Origin: Geosiphon pyriformis uo1
Lineage: Eukaryota; Fungi; Glomeromycota
NCBI GenBank assembly: GCA_016748015.1
Contig: JAAOMT010000439.1
Location: forward strand, 331,527 to 395,526
Direction of reading: 5' to 3'
DNA length: 64,000 bases
A program made the position numbers and the translations under genes. The notes beneath the pieces were generated by a model. It was not told the origin of the DNA, did no database searches, and worked only from the letters and a program-made list of their open reading frames with translations. Shown in pieces: positions 13,001-24,600 of the stretch; position 1 is the stretch's first letter, and each line of letters begins with the position of its first letter.

Positions 13001-13296
13001 TTGAGTCACAAAACAAAACCCTTCTGAAGGATTACAAGTTACTTTCATTCAAACACGAAAGGAATGCCACCTTCATTCAGAGTCAATACAAAAAATTACA
13101 GGAGGCTGTTAGTAAAGAGTGAGTATAAATTAGTTGGAGAATGCTGTCATTAAGTTCTAAACCTGATTTATTCTAATCTGCTAATCGAAAATTTAGGACT
13201 GAACTTGTGGCGAGTGCGAAAAATAGAATACAGGAAATGGAGAAGCAGTTTTCTCAATTAATATTTAGTGGATCTAGTGGCTTGGGGCTTAAATAA
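10061..13296 (+). CDS. NUP82: Nucleoporin Nup82/Nup88 family, ~11 exons
   Basis: Exon 1 10061-10169 (WHDYLHLHPIF), exon 2 10256-10479 (LFVAVGKEIR), exon 3 from 10541 (PAINFEINSLAVN..G.LMAVVG...VVILP). Later motifs VLWHPLS...HLMVLTVDGVLR, SFCFG...WGQFAIYVLMKNSDIY and QGPYLLQPSP, then a C-terminal coiled coil. GT-AG introns. TAA at 13294-13296. Confidence 0.88.
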
Positions 13297-13715
13297 TAAT
13301 TTTCTGTAATTGTTCAAGGTAAGGTGCAGTAGTTTAAAAAGTTTTACGGAAATTAACAGTTGATGCGAGTTGGTTTATTTTTTAAAAATTGAATATTAAG
13401 GCTACCTGTCTCTTGCAAAAGTTAAGTCCCTGAATTAACTAAAATATTATGGATACTGACCCAGATTCTTACCACTGTGAATATAATATATATATAAGCT
13501 GGTATATGTCTTGAGTATGAATCATCATCAAATTAATCGATGTTCCCCCGCCCGAACCCATTTACTGAAATACTTAAAACGCGAAGTTGCAACATCGATA
13601 GCAATCAACCAAAGAGTCATTTAATGCGTCTAGAAGAATAAAATTCCAATTACACTTTATGATAAAGATTCATAAATTTCCAGAAAGAATATGATATACC
13701 TTGAAACGAAATAAT

Positions 13716-14352
13716 CTATTTTTGTACAGTTTCAGCATTGTCATCACCTTTCTTTTCGAGGGCTTTCTGTAGCTCCATTAAAACCAAAAGAGAATTAGAT
13801 ATTTTATTCAAATTAATCTTATTAAATTGAGTTGAATTACCTGTTGTTTTTGTCTCATGATCTCAGCATCACTAAGAAAAAAATGAGGGAAAAAACGATC
13901 AGTTACATCACTGGCTATTTTAGGAACTGTATATACATATAATGATATTTGTATATGTACTTAGATAATGTTTGAACAATATTGAATATACACATTCACA
14001 GCGAAGAAGGCTACTAATAAAAATATTTGTGGAGCCTCGTATTTTATTAAAAATTCTCACAAACATCTTTTCTTGGGATACAAGAGCAAAATGAGAATAG
14101 GGTAAATCGAAACAACTTAGATTACTTGCATTATACAATCAGTACACACCTTTCTGCACGCTTCTTGAAATTATTAGGGTCTTCTTTCTTCTTTGACTGT
14201 TTCTGAGCGAGAGTCTGAGTCTTTTTCAAGTTCTTTTCACGGGCTTTTTCTCTTTGGTTGCCACCTTTGTTGTGGATTCAAAGGAGTTGGAAAATTAAAT
14301 ACTGCATGGGGCATTTCTAGAGTAATTTTTAAAACAGCTACTTACGAGCCAT
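13716..14352 (-). CDS. SERF: Small EDRK-rich factor (SERF/4F5 family), 67 aa, 4 exons
   Basis: Exons 14352-14346, 14264-14150, 13871-13841 and 13766-13716 (204 nt, all GT-AG). They translate to MARGNQREKAREKNLKKTQTLAQKQSKKKEDPNNFKKRAESDAEIMRQKQQKALEKKGDDNAETVQK. MARGNQRE..R.KN.KK and DAEIMRQKQ are SERF hallmarks. Confidence 0.92.
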
Positions 14353-14644
14353 TTTGAGAATAAAGTTTTCGCAAAAGAAAGCTAGTATGTCTATTATAAT
14401 AAACTTTCCAAAGCTTCTGAATTTTTGGCTAAATATGTATTGTCGAACTCGACACTCCACCAAAGAATGTGATGCAAATGCACGTGGTTATGAAACTCGA
14501 AACTTCTTGCTTCGGTAATCTAATTATCAGTTATGTATGATAATTTGATCAGAGATCACCAATCCATAAAAAAGGGCAAAAATGAAACACGCAGCTTTTA
14601 TGTGAAATAACAAGAATTAAATTTTGACCCGTTTTGACCAAAAT
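14353..14644. promoter_or_regulatory. Short divergent intergenic/promoter region between SERF and the G-patch gene
   Basis: Head-to-head ATGs 292 bp apart. Contains CACGTG at 14481-14486 and a CCAAT near 14560. Confidence 0.55.
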
Positions 14645-16483
14645 ATGTATAATCATGCTATTTCAACAGGAATTTCAGAGGTAAAATTATCAGAAATTCA
14701 GGTTAGCGACTTTCAATCATACTCAACCGGTGGCGATAGTAGAATTTTTCTAAAACTAAAAGTTATTTTGGCATGGGGTACAGAACGCTATTCATTGCGA
14801 AGAGTGATAATCACATTACCATCAAGCCTCTTTTTTCCTTTCATTTTTTTCTATCATTTTGTATCTTTGCATTCTTGGTCTCTTGATTATATGCCAGAAT
14901 GGTCTTGATAATACTGAGGAAACGGACGAGTTCGATTTATTTGAAGACCATGAAAGCGTTTTCAGTCTCCCTCGAGGCCATTTCCCACAAGCATATCTTG
15001 ATACTTCAAACACGGAAATAACAAGTATGGACCAGCACCTTCCCCCTAGCAACATGGGTTACAAATTGTTGATGAAAATGGGTTGGCAAGCTGGCCAAGG
15101 ATTGGGCAGGTTACAGCAAGGCAAGGCAAAAAATGATCGCTTGGTTTCTCTATCAACGTCTTTGAATAACATATATCATGAAAATTCATTTTTAGGAAGG
15201 AGAGATCCGATTCGTATTGAAACGAAATCAGATAGCTTGGGGGTTGGGAAGCAAGAGGAAGAAAATTATTATCACCTGACCAGTACTTCAAAGCGGAAAG
15301 CTTTAGATAGTGAAAAAATTGCGGAGGAAACCGAGACAGAACGGAGAAACCGTCAGGTTGTCTACTTGCTTCTCTGTTAAGACGGTATCTACCATAATAT
15401 CAATTTGCTAACCATTTTTAGGTATCGTTGTGATCAATCAGACCAAGGTTCAGAAGCAAGAAACCATTAAAAAAGAATTAGAAATAATAAATGCAGCATT
15501 CTATTGCTCCTTGTGTGACAAACAATATTCTAAAATATCGGAATATGAGACCCATCTGAGTTCCTACGATCACAATCATCGAAAAGTAAGTTATAAATAT
15601 TTATCGAATATTCCTCTAGGGATTTTTACCTGATTTGAGCTTTACTATTTATAGCGCTTTAAAGACATGAAAGAAATCAGTCGCTCAACAAAAGTTGATA
15701 AAAAGCGTGAGAAAGAGCGAAAGAGAGAAGAAAAAGAATTGGCTCGTATACAACAAGCTGCGCTTCAGAAGGCAGAAAAAAATAACATAAACATTGTTGG
15801 AAGAAATCAAGTTGATGTATCACATAAGCAGGTCGATAATAAATCGTCAGAAGATGCAATGAATAGGCAGAAATCAGCATCAGGAAGCAAAACTTGGTCA
15901 ACTATGTCATCGGAACCTCCATCAAAAATATCGAACAATGCATCTCAGGGGGGTTGGAACTCGTATCTCCCTAATAGCATACCTAGCCAGAGCCTCAATA
16001 AACAGATATCTGTTAATAAAAACTGGGGAGGTTGGAATTCAAATGAGGCTTCTGTACCTCATGCAGTAAATGGTGAATTGGGGCTGAAAGGTCCTTTCAA
16101 TGTGGCTCTAGGAAATGTTGGCTCTCCTACTTCCCATATAACTTCAAAAGGTAAGACTGATAACTGGAGTACCATTAAATCGGTTTCAACTTCCCTTTCG
16201 GAAGTCCACCACAATAAGGATAGTTCGGATGCGTGGCGATCTGCCGGATTAAACACTCCTATTCAAGCACAGTCTCAAATTATCATACCGACAGGATCTG
16301 TATTACCGAGGAAAAAAACAGATTCTGCTTCTCGATCTGGAAATGCCAGAGTTGAAAAATCCGCGGTATGTTCTTCACTGCGTAAAATATGAATATATTG
16401 GTTAATTTTGCATATTAAATCAATTTTATTGTGATCAGAATCCCGGGCAGTCTGCGCTTAAATTCGGATTTAATCGAAAATGA
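14645..16483 (+). CDS. GPATCH8: G-patch plus C2H2 zinc-finger protein, GPATCH8-like, spliced
   Basis: G-patch SNMGYKLLMKMGWQAGQGLGRLQQG/RRDPI. Zinc finger FYCSLCDKQY....YETHLSSYDHNHRK/RFKDMKE matches the GPATCH8/ZNF804 type. Lys/Glu coiled coil. Last exon NPGQSALKFGFNRK with TGA at 16481-16483. The first exon (ATG 14645) is less certain. Confidence 0.82.
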
Positions 16484-17125
16484 ATATCGTTATTTTTCGA
16501 AAATTTAGAATACACCTACTTTAATTACCTTGCGATTTTAAATTTGCGTAGAAGATTATGGTTCTCTTGTAACAGATATAATTATTGTTTTATAGTATTA
16601 TTATTGTTCTTTATTGATATGGTTTGTTATAATTAAAATATATCATCCTTAATAGACCACAGAAAATAAATTCTTGATAAATCTGTTCGCAACTAAACGA
16701 AGGACCAAAACATGTACTGCTTCGTCCTTATACTAATTCCTTGGAGAATTCTTATAAGGCACTATCCATCCAGATGCCTAATCGAATTCAATTTCTTTTA
16801 CACCTGAATTTTGTTATTATAAAAATAATTATTTAGTTTAGTATATATGTTTCAAGTAAAGTTATTTAATATATAATTCTAAAGTGATAAAAATCAAATC
16901 ACTCATTAAAATTTCATTAGTTTATATAATAATTTTCATACTTAAGCCTAAAAACTATTTTTATTCACGACTAATCATGAGAAAATTGATATCATATAAT
17001 GAATATAAACAAACTAGAAACGCGTTATGCAAACAGAAAAAAGAAATCTTAACCTGAGCTGAGAAATAATTTTATGAAACAAAGCTCAATTTTGTTCTAA
17101 GTTTGTGTTTTTATCTGGATAGCCA

Positions 17126-20100
17126 TCAAGTTTGTCCAGGTATCTGACGTTGCTTTTGAACTAGTGATGAAGCGATGAATTTTTGGGATCTTTTCTGCTG
17201 TTTCTGATATTGCGGTTTCAAATCAGATGCCAATTTTTTCTTGGGGTCTTGAACCTTATTGCAATCACCATTTTTTTTATTCCCGTTATTTTCTAGCTTT
17301 TCTAAAGAAACATGAGGTCTGAAAACAGAACCAGAGAAGAATTTATCATCTTTTTTTGCCATTGAACTTTGACGATATAGTGTTGATTGTTTAGGAAGGC
17401 TGGGAATGAGTCCCCTCGAGTTCTGATGTTGAATGACAGAGACAGAGGAAACGCCGATCTCTTTTTTGGTTTGATTTGAATCCTGGCGTTTTGAAACGGA
17501 AATGGATTCCTGTTTCCTTTCGTTGTGGATATTATTTTGAGACTTTTGTCGTTCAAGAACTGGTTGAGAGACTACATATTTCATGAGGAAATATAAATAT
17601 ATTATTAATAAACCTTAATAACCAAATTGTATTATATTTAACCAAAAATTTTAATACCACTTTTAGCTGCTTGCTTTCGCTTTTCAAAGTGAGCCTTTTC
17701 CGTGACTTTCTGTTCATCTACGCTTTGAGTAACTGTCTTGACAATACCTCGATATGGCACATAGCTTAGTGGCTTTTTAAGACTTTCTTCAAGATTAAAT
17801 GTTGAGAGACGGGCAGTAATTCCGGATTTGGTGACCGAAGTTACATTAGATTTTTTTTCAATCGGTACTTTCCTCTCAATTTTTTCTGTGCGTTTAGATT
17901 GTTTCCGTGGATGATTTTTTTTTCTCTCCTTCGAGGAGCCAGTTTGTTTCCCTTTATTTTGAACTTCATTCTTAAAAATTGCCTGAGAAATTTTGGAATA
18001 TTGGTGACTATGAATCAAATGCGCGATTTTTTTTCTTTTTATTGGAGATTCCTCTCTTTCACGATCAAAATCGTCCCCTTTTCGCCTTTGTGCCCCATAA
18101 TGAGTCAGAATAGAGGGCATCTTTTCAAACTGTTTGCGATGAATTTTGGCAAACCGATTGGGACTGCAACCTTGATTTGATGTACGAGTAATACATAATT
18201 TTGATGAAGTTGATATGTTTTCACCCGAACATTTTTTGATTTCTGGGATAAACAATTCTTTGACGTCAATCACTCTTTTTTCCATATCAGCAATTATAGT
18301 AGCGGCGGCAGCTTGAAAGGTCGCATTGTCTACTTTCATCGGTGAGGCGAATACAAATGGTTGACTAACTGTTAAATTATTTGATTTAACAGAATTTATG
18401 TTTAGAGATGTTCCCAATTCACCCTTGATATTTTGGAGAGTGTCACTACTTTCTTGCTGAGGTCTTGAGGCTGATTTCAAGTCGTTGGGAGACTTATTCT
18501 GGATACAAGAATTTTCTTTTGGTATATTTTTAGCGCGTGTCAAATGCGAGTCTTGGTCCAGTTGGGGTTTTTGCTCAAATTGATTGGGACTAAAAACTTC
18601 TTTTGATTCGTGATCACACGAAACAGAAATGGTTTCAGACATATCCTTTTTGATATCCGGACTTGGAGAATTTTGAACTTCAGCTCTTTTTTCCGTATTC
18701 GCAACGACGGCAGGTGTAAAGGTTACATCTATTACTTTCGTAATAGCCTGGCTAACTATTGAAGAATCATTTGTTTCGATAGAAGGTATATTTGGAGATG
18801 ATCCCATATCTCCCTTGATATTTTGAGAGGTATCATTAATTTCTTGCTGGGAAGATCTTGAGATTGATTCTATATCTTTAAGTGGATTAGTTCCAGAAGG
18901 TATTGTTGAGTCTTTTACTTTCATGGGGGAGACAAACAAAGGTGGACTAGATATAGAGGGATCAAAGGATTGAATAGAATTTGTAGACTGTGCGAGTTCC
19001 AAAACATCCTTTACTTTGTCTCCATTGTCAAAATTTTGAGACTCTGAAGGTAGTGAAGTCGATTTTTTGTCTTGAGGTGAATTAGCTTCAGAAAACTCTG
19101 TCGAGTCATTCACTTTCACAGGGGAGCCAAACAAGAAAGCCCGGAAGGATTGAATAGAATTTTTAGACTGGGGAGGTTCCAGAACACCTTTTAATTTATC
19201 CGCATTATCAAGATTTTGAGGTTGTAAAGTAGATTTTATGACATCAGGTGAATTATTCTCAGATGATTCGGTTTTTTTGGAAATTATGGGTGTGGTGCAT
19301 ATAAAAGGTGAATCTTCATCAGGCTGAAGTTGTTCAACAGTGAGGGCACTGTAATCCGAAACTTGACTTTCCTCAATTGACAGACGCCTCATAGGAACGG
19401 CTAGAATACGCTTTAAGAAGCTTGATTCTTCAGAGATATTTGAAGACTTGATAAGTTGTGATGTTTCTAAATAATTTTCAATTTGATTATTTATTTTTTC
19501 AATGTGCAATTGATTTGCTCTCACCCAATTCAAATAATTGTGATTAATGAGATCACCAACATCTAAAAATAAAGGATTTCATTCTCACCCTTTTCCTTCC
19601 CCATGTCAAATTTAGGCACGTCCGGAAGAAATTCTTCGCCAAGGAAAGTTTGAGATGATTTAATTGTAGAAACGGACCTTGCACTCCCTTCGCTCGGCTG
19701 ATGTTCTAGAGGTTCACCATCTATAAGACTAAAAGCTTTGAGGGTACCCGAAGATTCCAATGATGATGATTCGGGAGAAATGTCTATTTTGCTTTCTGAG
19801 AATAGAGTGTTTAGTTCTCACACCAATCAAGTAAATTGGTTTATTATCTTAACTGTATTGAGCATGATATATCAATATATGCTTTTACCTTCTTTTTTCT
19901 CCTTAACACATGAATTATCTTTCAATAAGGGTTCTTCTAAAAAATTGTAAGGAGATCCTTTTCTCACCAACGTCGAAATAACGCTTGACTCGCATTTTGG
20001 AGCCGATATATTTGCAATAGCTGTCGCAAAAACCTCTATTTCTGAACCCTTCGTATCTGAAACTAAAAAAGAGTAACTACCCAAGAAAACCTTATTGTAA

Positions 20101-20906
20101 TTGTGAAGAATTTATTTATTACCTTTAGTGACATGACGTGCACAATCTGAAGTATCTGCATTAGGTGGTAGTGGATCGATGAGAATAGGAGGAACTTGAT
20201 TGAAATATGTCGTAGATTCCACCAGGTAATTACTGTTTGAGGCTTTATGGGCCTCTATGGAGTCAGGAATTGTAGCTGAACCCTCAATCAGTGAATATTC
20301 TGTTTGGGAAATCTCTGGCCAAACATTAGTTTGTTTATTTGGATTTTAGATATAGAGGTAGCGGAAAATGGAGATTGGAGAATCCCAAAAATGCATTTTT
20401 CGTAATAAACCCTCACCATTATTAAGTCTAGATTTGAAATCTGCTATTGTTTCATTTTTCTGATCTACTGAATTATCATCTAATAAACATACCGCTTCGG
20501 ATGACTCTGAGCAATCCTGTGATTGGTTGTCCTGATTTTGAATATTTAAGGCGTACTCTTGCAATTTGTTTATTAACTCAATGTTCTGTAAAACATTGTA
20601 AACGGGGTATAAGTTATTCTGGAGGAAATGGTCCAACGCAATAGCATGGTATCAAAAGGATGTCAGTTTTAAACAGCATACTTTAAGGTTGGCTTTTATC
20701 CCATATCGTTTGCAATAACGTTGAAGCTGGACACGTTTTACTGCTGAGAGTTTTTCAGGCGTCAAAAATAAGTTTAAAGTGACCTCGTCGAGCTCTCCAG
20801 GAGTTTTTTCAGATCTTCCAGGGGTTTTTTCAGACCTTCCAGGGGTTTTTCTTTGTGGTGTTCTCGAAGATAAGGATAAGGTGCTATCATACTCTTTATT
20901 TTCCAT
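17126..20906 (-). CDS. NUSAP1: NuSAP1-like nucleolar/spindle-associated microtubule-binding protein, multi-exon
   Basis: N-terminal SAP-like motif LSAVKRVQLQRYCKRYGIKANLK/NIELINKL, joined by the intron 20681-20586. C-terminal RFAKIHRKQFEKMPSI and FNLEESLKKPLSYVPYRG resemble the conserved NuSAP motifs (FKKLHE..F..MESI; FDLKASL.RPL.Y.PH.G). Long S/T-P-rich disordered middle. Some internal splice sites were not resolved. Confidence 0.72.
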
Positions 20907-21120
20907 ATTTTTTAATTTCGACTAAGGCCGTTATTTTTAAAAAATCTCAACAAATAAAACATTAAAAGTTCTCCGAATCGTGTTAGAAATTTAGCAGTTA
21001 AAAGGAAGTTTTACTTCAAAATAATATTCATCATGAACACGTAAACAGTGTGCAAATCCTAATTTGTTTCATTGACGCGTTTTAACCCAATCAGCTGACA
21101 CAATGACTCATCTAACTTGG
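20907..21120 (-). promoter_or_regulatory. Putative cell-cycle promoter of the NuSAP-like gene
   Basis: MYB-type TAACGG (20928-20933) and TAACTG (20995-21000). CHR-type TTTGAA (21015-21020). Forkhead GTAAACA (21041-21047). MCB ACGCGT (21075-21080). CCAAT (21087-21091). Confidence 0.4.
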
Positions 21121-21667
21121 TACATTTTGCGAAAATGCTTTTTAGTTTACATTAATCCTATTCATTTCGGAGAGTCCACTAAGCAAGATAGTGGATTGAG
21201 TAATTAAATTCGATTCGAATTGAGTTATATGCTTTCAAATCATAATAACAATAACAATTAATAATAATAAAAAATTAAATTTAATTACAATTAGATTTCT
21301 ATAAAAGAATACAATTAGAACATACAAATTATGTTCTATTTTAGAAATATTCTATTATAGAGTTTTATAATTATTATCAAATAAACTATATTTATTTATT
21401 AAATTAATTAATTATTATTATTATATTATTAAAATATTGATTAATTTTTATCTGTTTTTTAAAATATTTATTTATTTTTTTATATTCATATAATTTTTTT
21501 TTAAGTAAATTTTGGTTTTCTATACTAAAATTTTTTTTTTTATTATGCAATTAACAAGTGAAGCCCAACTGCTATCTAGTATATAGAACCAAACTAAGAG
21601 GCTCAAACTAAACACAGCTTATGCACTTTCTACATATGACTAACCATTAGGGCCAGACAAGACAACA

Positions 21668-24600
21668 CTACACACCTAAAACAACACACGGACTACTATC
21701 TAAACCAGAAAAAAAAAGACAAGACCTACAATGACCAAAACTAACAGCAAAAGAGTTAATAACTCCAAGCATCTTTACTACCTTGCCGGACAACAAAGAG
21801 CTTGCACAATGAGACAAACCAGAAACCAATACATTATTACCAACCAAATCTGCCACTTCCATTTTCACTCTGTATGCAGACTTTATCAACCAGGCCTTAG
21901 AGTGATACAACTCAACAAAACACCCAACAAAACCAATAACAGTGCTAACAGCCCTCTTTTTACTATCAAAAATCTCCATAGTCTCCACACACTAATTTTT
22001 TAGCACAAACCTTTTACATAGGACAGAATACAAGCCAATGTCCAAAAGGCACCAATCAAGAAATCGCAAAACAGTGGAAGATAACAAGCCACAAGATTCA
22101 GCTAAAAACATCCAGTCAGCAGAAGCCACAGCCAAAATCTCCTCCCAAATCTTTGCATCATGAGAACACATGAAAACATGATCCAACAACTCCATCTCAT
22201 AACACAGCAAACACAGCACACCAGGGTAATGTTTATCATATAGCCATTTTCTTACCACCACAGAAAGCTGACAGTGCACAGCCTTTATCAAGTAGGTGCA
22301 AAGACAGAAAGACTTCCGACTGGTAAAACCAGCAAGCATATACAAATTAAGATGCCACACTTTAATATTAGCACCCCAATCAATAATCTCAACCAACCAG
22401 ACAGAAATTATGTTTTGACCAGAACCTGTCTCCCACTGAGCACTACAAATGGATCTATACAAATCCCAAACAAAATGACGAGTGTTGCTAGACACAAGTG
22501 TGTTCTCAGCAACCAGAAAATGCTCATGAACACCAACAGGCAAAGAAAATTGAGAGAAAGCAGTGTCTCCAGCAGCTGCATCCACTCTAACATTGTCATG
22601 AATTCCAAAATGTTCCTTAACCTTAACCTATTGAACAGAAAGATCCTTGTCACAAACCAAATTAAAAATCCGGTGTCTCTTTAACCAGCACGAGGAGCAA
22701 AAATCAGACACAAATAATGACATCTCAGAAACACATGCATCAATGGCTAACTGACTATCAGAATACAATACTACAGTGCAAAAAGAAGGGACACACTCCA
22801 ATGCCAAAACAATGGCCTGTAGTTCAGCCATAGTAGAGGACAACAGCCCAAGAACTCTAATGCCAACACTTAAATCAAGAGCAGAAAAATAAGTAGCCAC
22901 CCTACTGGCAATATCAGCACGACCATAATTCCTAACAGAACCATCCATAAAAGCTTCAAAAGAACCAGACCAAATCCCATGCAACCCATCTTTAACAATA
23001 GAAAACTCCTCAACATCCAAGATGCTCAAACCAGAAAAATAAGTAGACTCCACAGAAGTGGCCAAGAAAGCGCCTCCATCACAAACAAACTCAGACACCA
23101 CCTTAAACCAGCAAGGAGCTGGACCTCTTGGATCTAGTTTTTTCCAACACCTAAAAGTCTCCCAACTCATAATGCACTCTTTTTTGTTGAACAGTTTATC
23201 ACCAAAGACCACACCAAACCACTTCAACAAACAAACAGAATTGAAGAACAGAGAACTCCCCAGAATAGAAGACACAAGAAAATGACCAGAACTACAGAAC
23301 ACATTGGGCAAATTATTGGCCAGAGACAGCTCATTACACAGAAAGATTTTAACCACACCAGCCAGAAAATTGTTTACAGAACTAACACACAACCTAACAG
23401 AAAACTGTAAAGAGTTCAGAAGAGACCACTCCAGAACATGCAAATCAAGAAATCTATGCTCAAACAAATGTCCAAGAATACCAAAAGAATTGGAAAATGA
23501 TATCAAGACAGCCAACTTTCTTTTGAACTGCACCTGCTCAAAAGATTTTAGGCCATACAAAAAAGGATGACACAAAGTCTCGGTAGGGAAATCATGAGAC
23601 AAACCAGCTTTGGACTTAAAACTCTTTCTCAACATCACATCCCATTTGCAACATACAGATGACAAAACAAAGCTGAACTGAGTGTGATAACTGACAATAG
23701 GCTGCAAGACAGCTGACACCAAATATGAGAACTGTTTATCAGTAATAGCTTTTCTAAGAACCACATTAGCAAAAAAACGAACATCAGAATGTGCCTTGGC
23801 CAAACTTGGCTTTGAAAACTCATCAGTAGACAAAAAAATCCCCAGATAACAATAAGCCTCACCCTTCTTAGTAATTGAGATGGGAAGACCACTAATACTC
23901 AAAGAAGCAACCTTAACACCCTGGTTGATTAGAATGACCAGTCTTTTTGTTGTTGATAGAGATGTCATTAAGAGCAAAAAACCCACTTGTAATGTCCAAA
24001 ATATTCTGAGTAGCAGTTTGACAATTCCCAATTCAGATTGTATCATCTACAAAAGCACTAGCTGCAAAATAAGAAGAGAATTTACCATTGCCTTCAATAC
24101 GGCCAGATTTCGAAATGAACTTGGAATTCAGCCAGTATCCAAAACATTGTTTGTGCATTTTAATCTCACACAGAAGTGGGTTGTAAAAAATCTTCCACAA
24201 GAGAGGCGAGAAGACTTCACCCTGATCCAGCCCATCACACACAACATAACCATTTGAGAGCCCAAAGTCAGTCATTACCCTGTTAACTCTATTCTTATAG
24301 ATATTACCAAAAAATGACACAAATCTCTCACACATCTTAATACACCACAGGCTCACCCTCAAGTGGTGTCAACCAACTAAGTCATATGCTTTATGCATAT
24401 CCTGCAAGACCAATCAAACCTCTCTGTTCTTCTCAATAGCATCCTTGACCACAGACCCAATTGCAAACACCAAAGATTGCATAGAAGTACCCTTTAGCAC
24501 CAAAAAATTATCACCTCGAAGAACTCTGAACTTGTTGTATGCCAAAGAAATATGATCTAACAAAATCTTAGAGAGAATTTTCCTAGCCATCTTGATCAAA

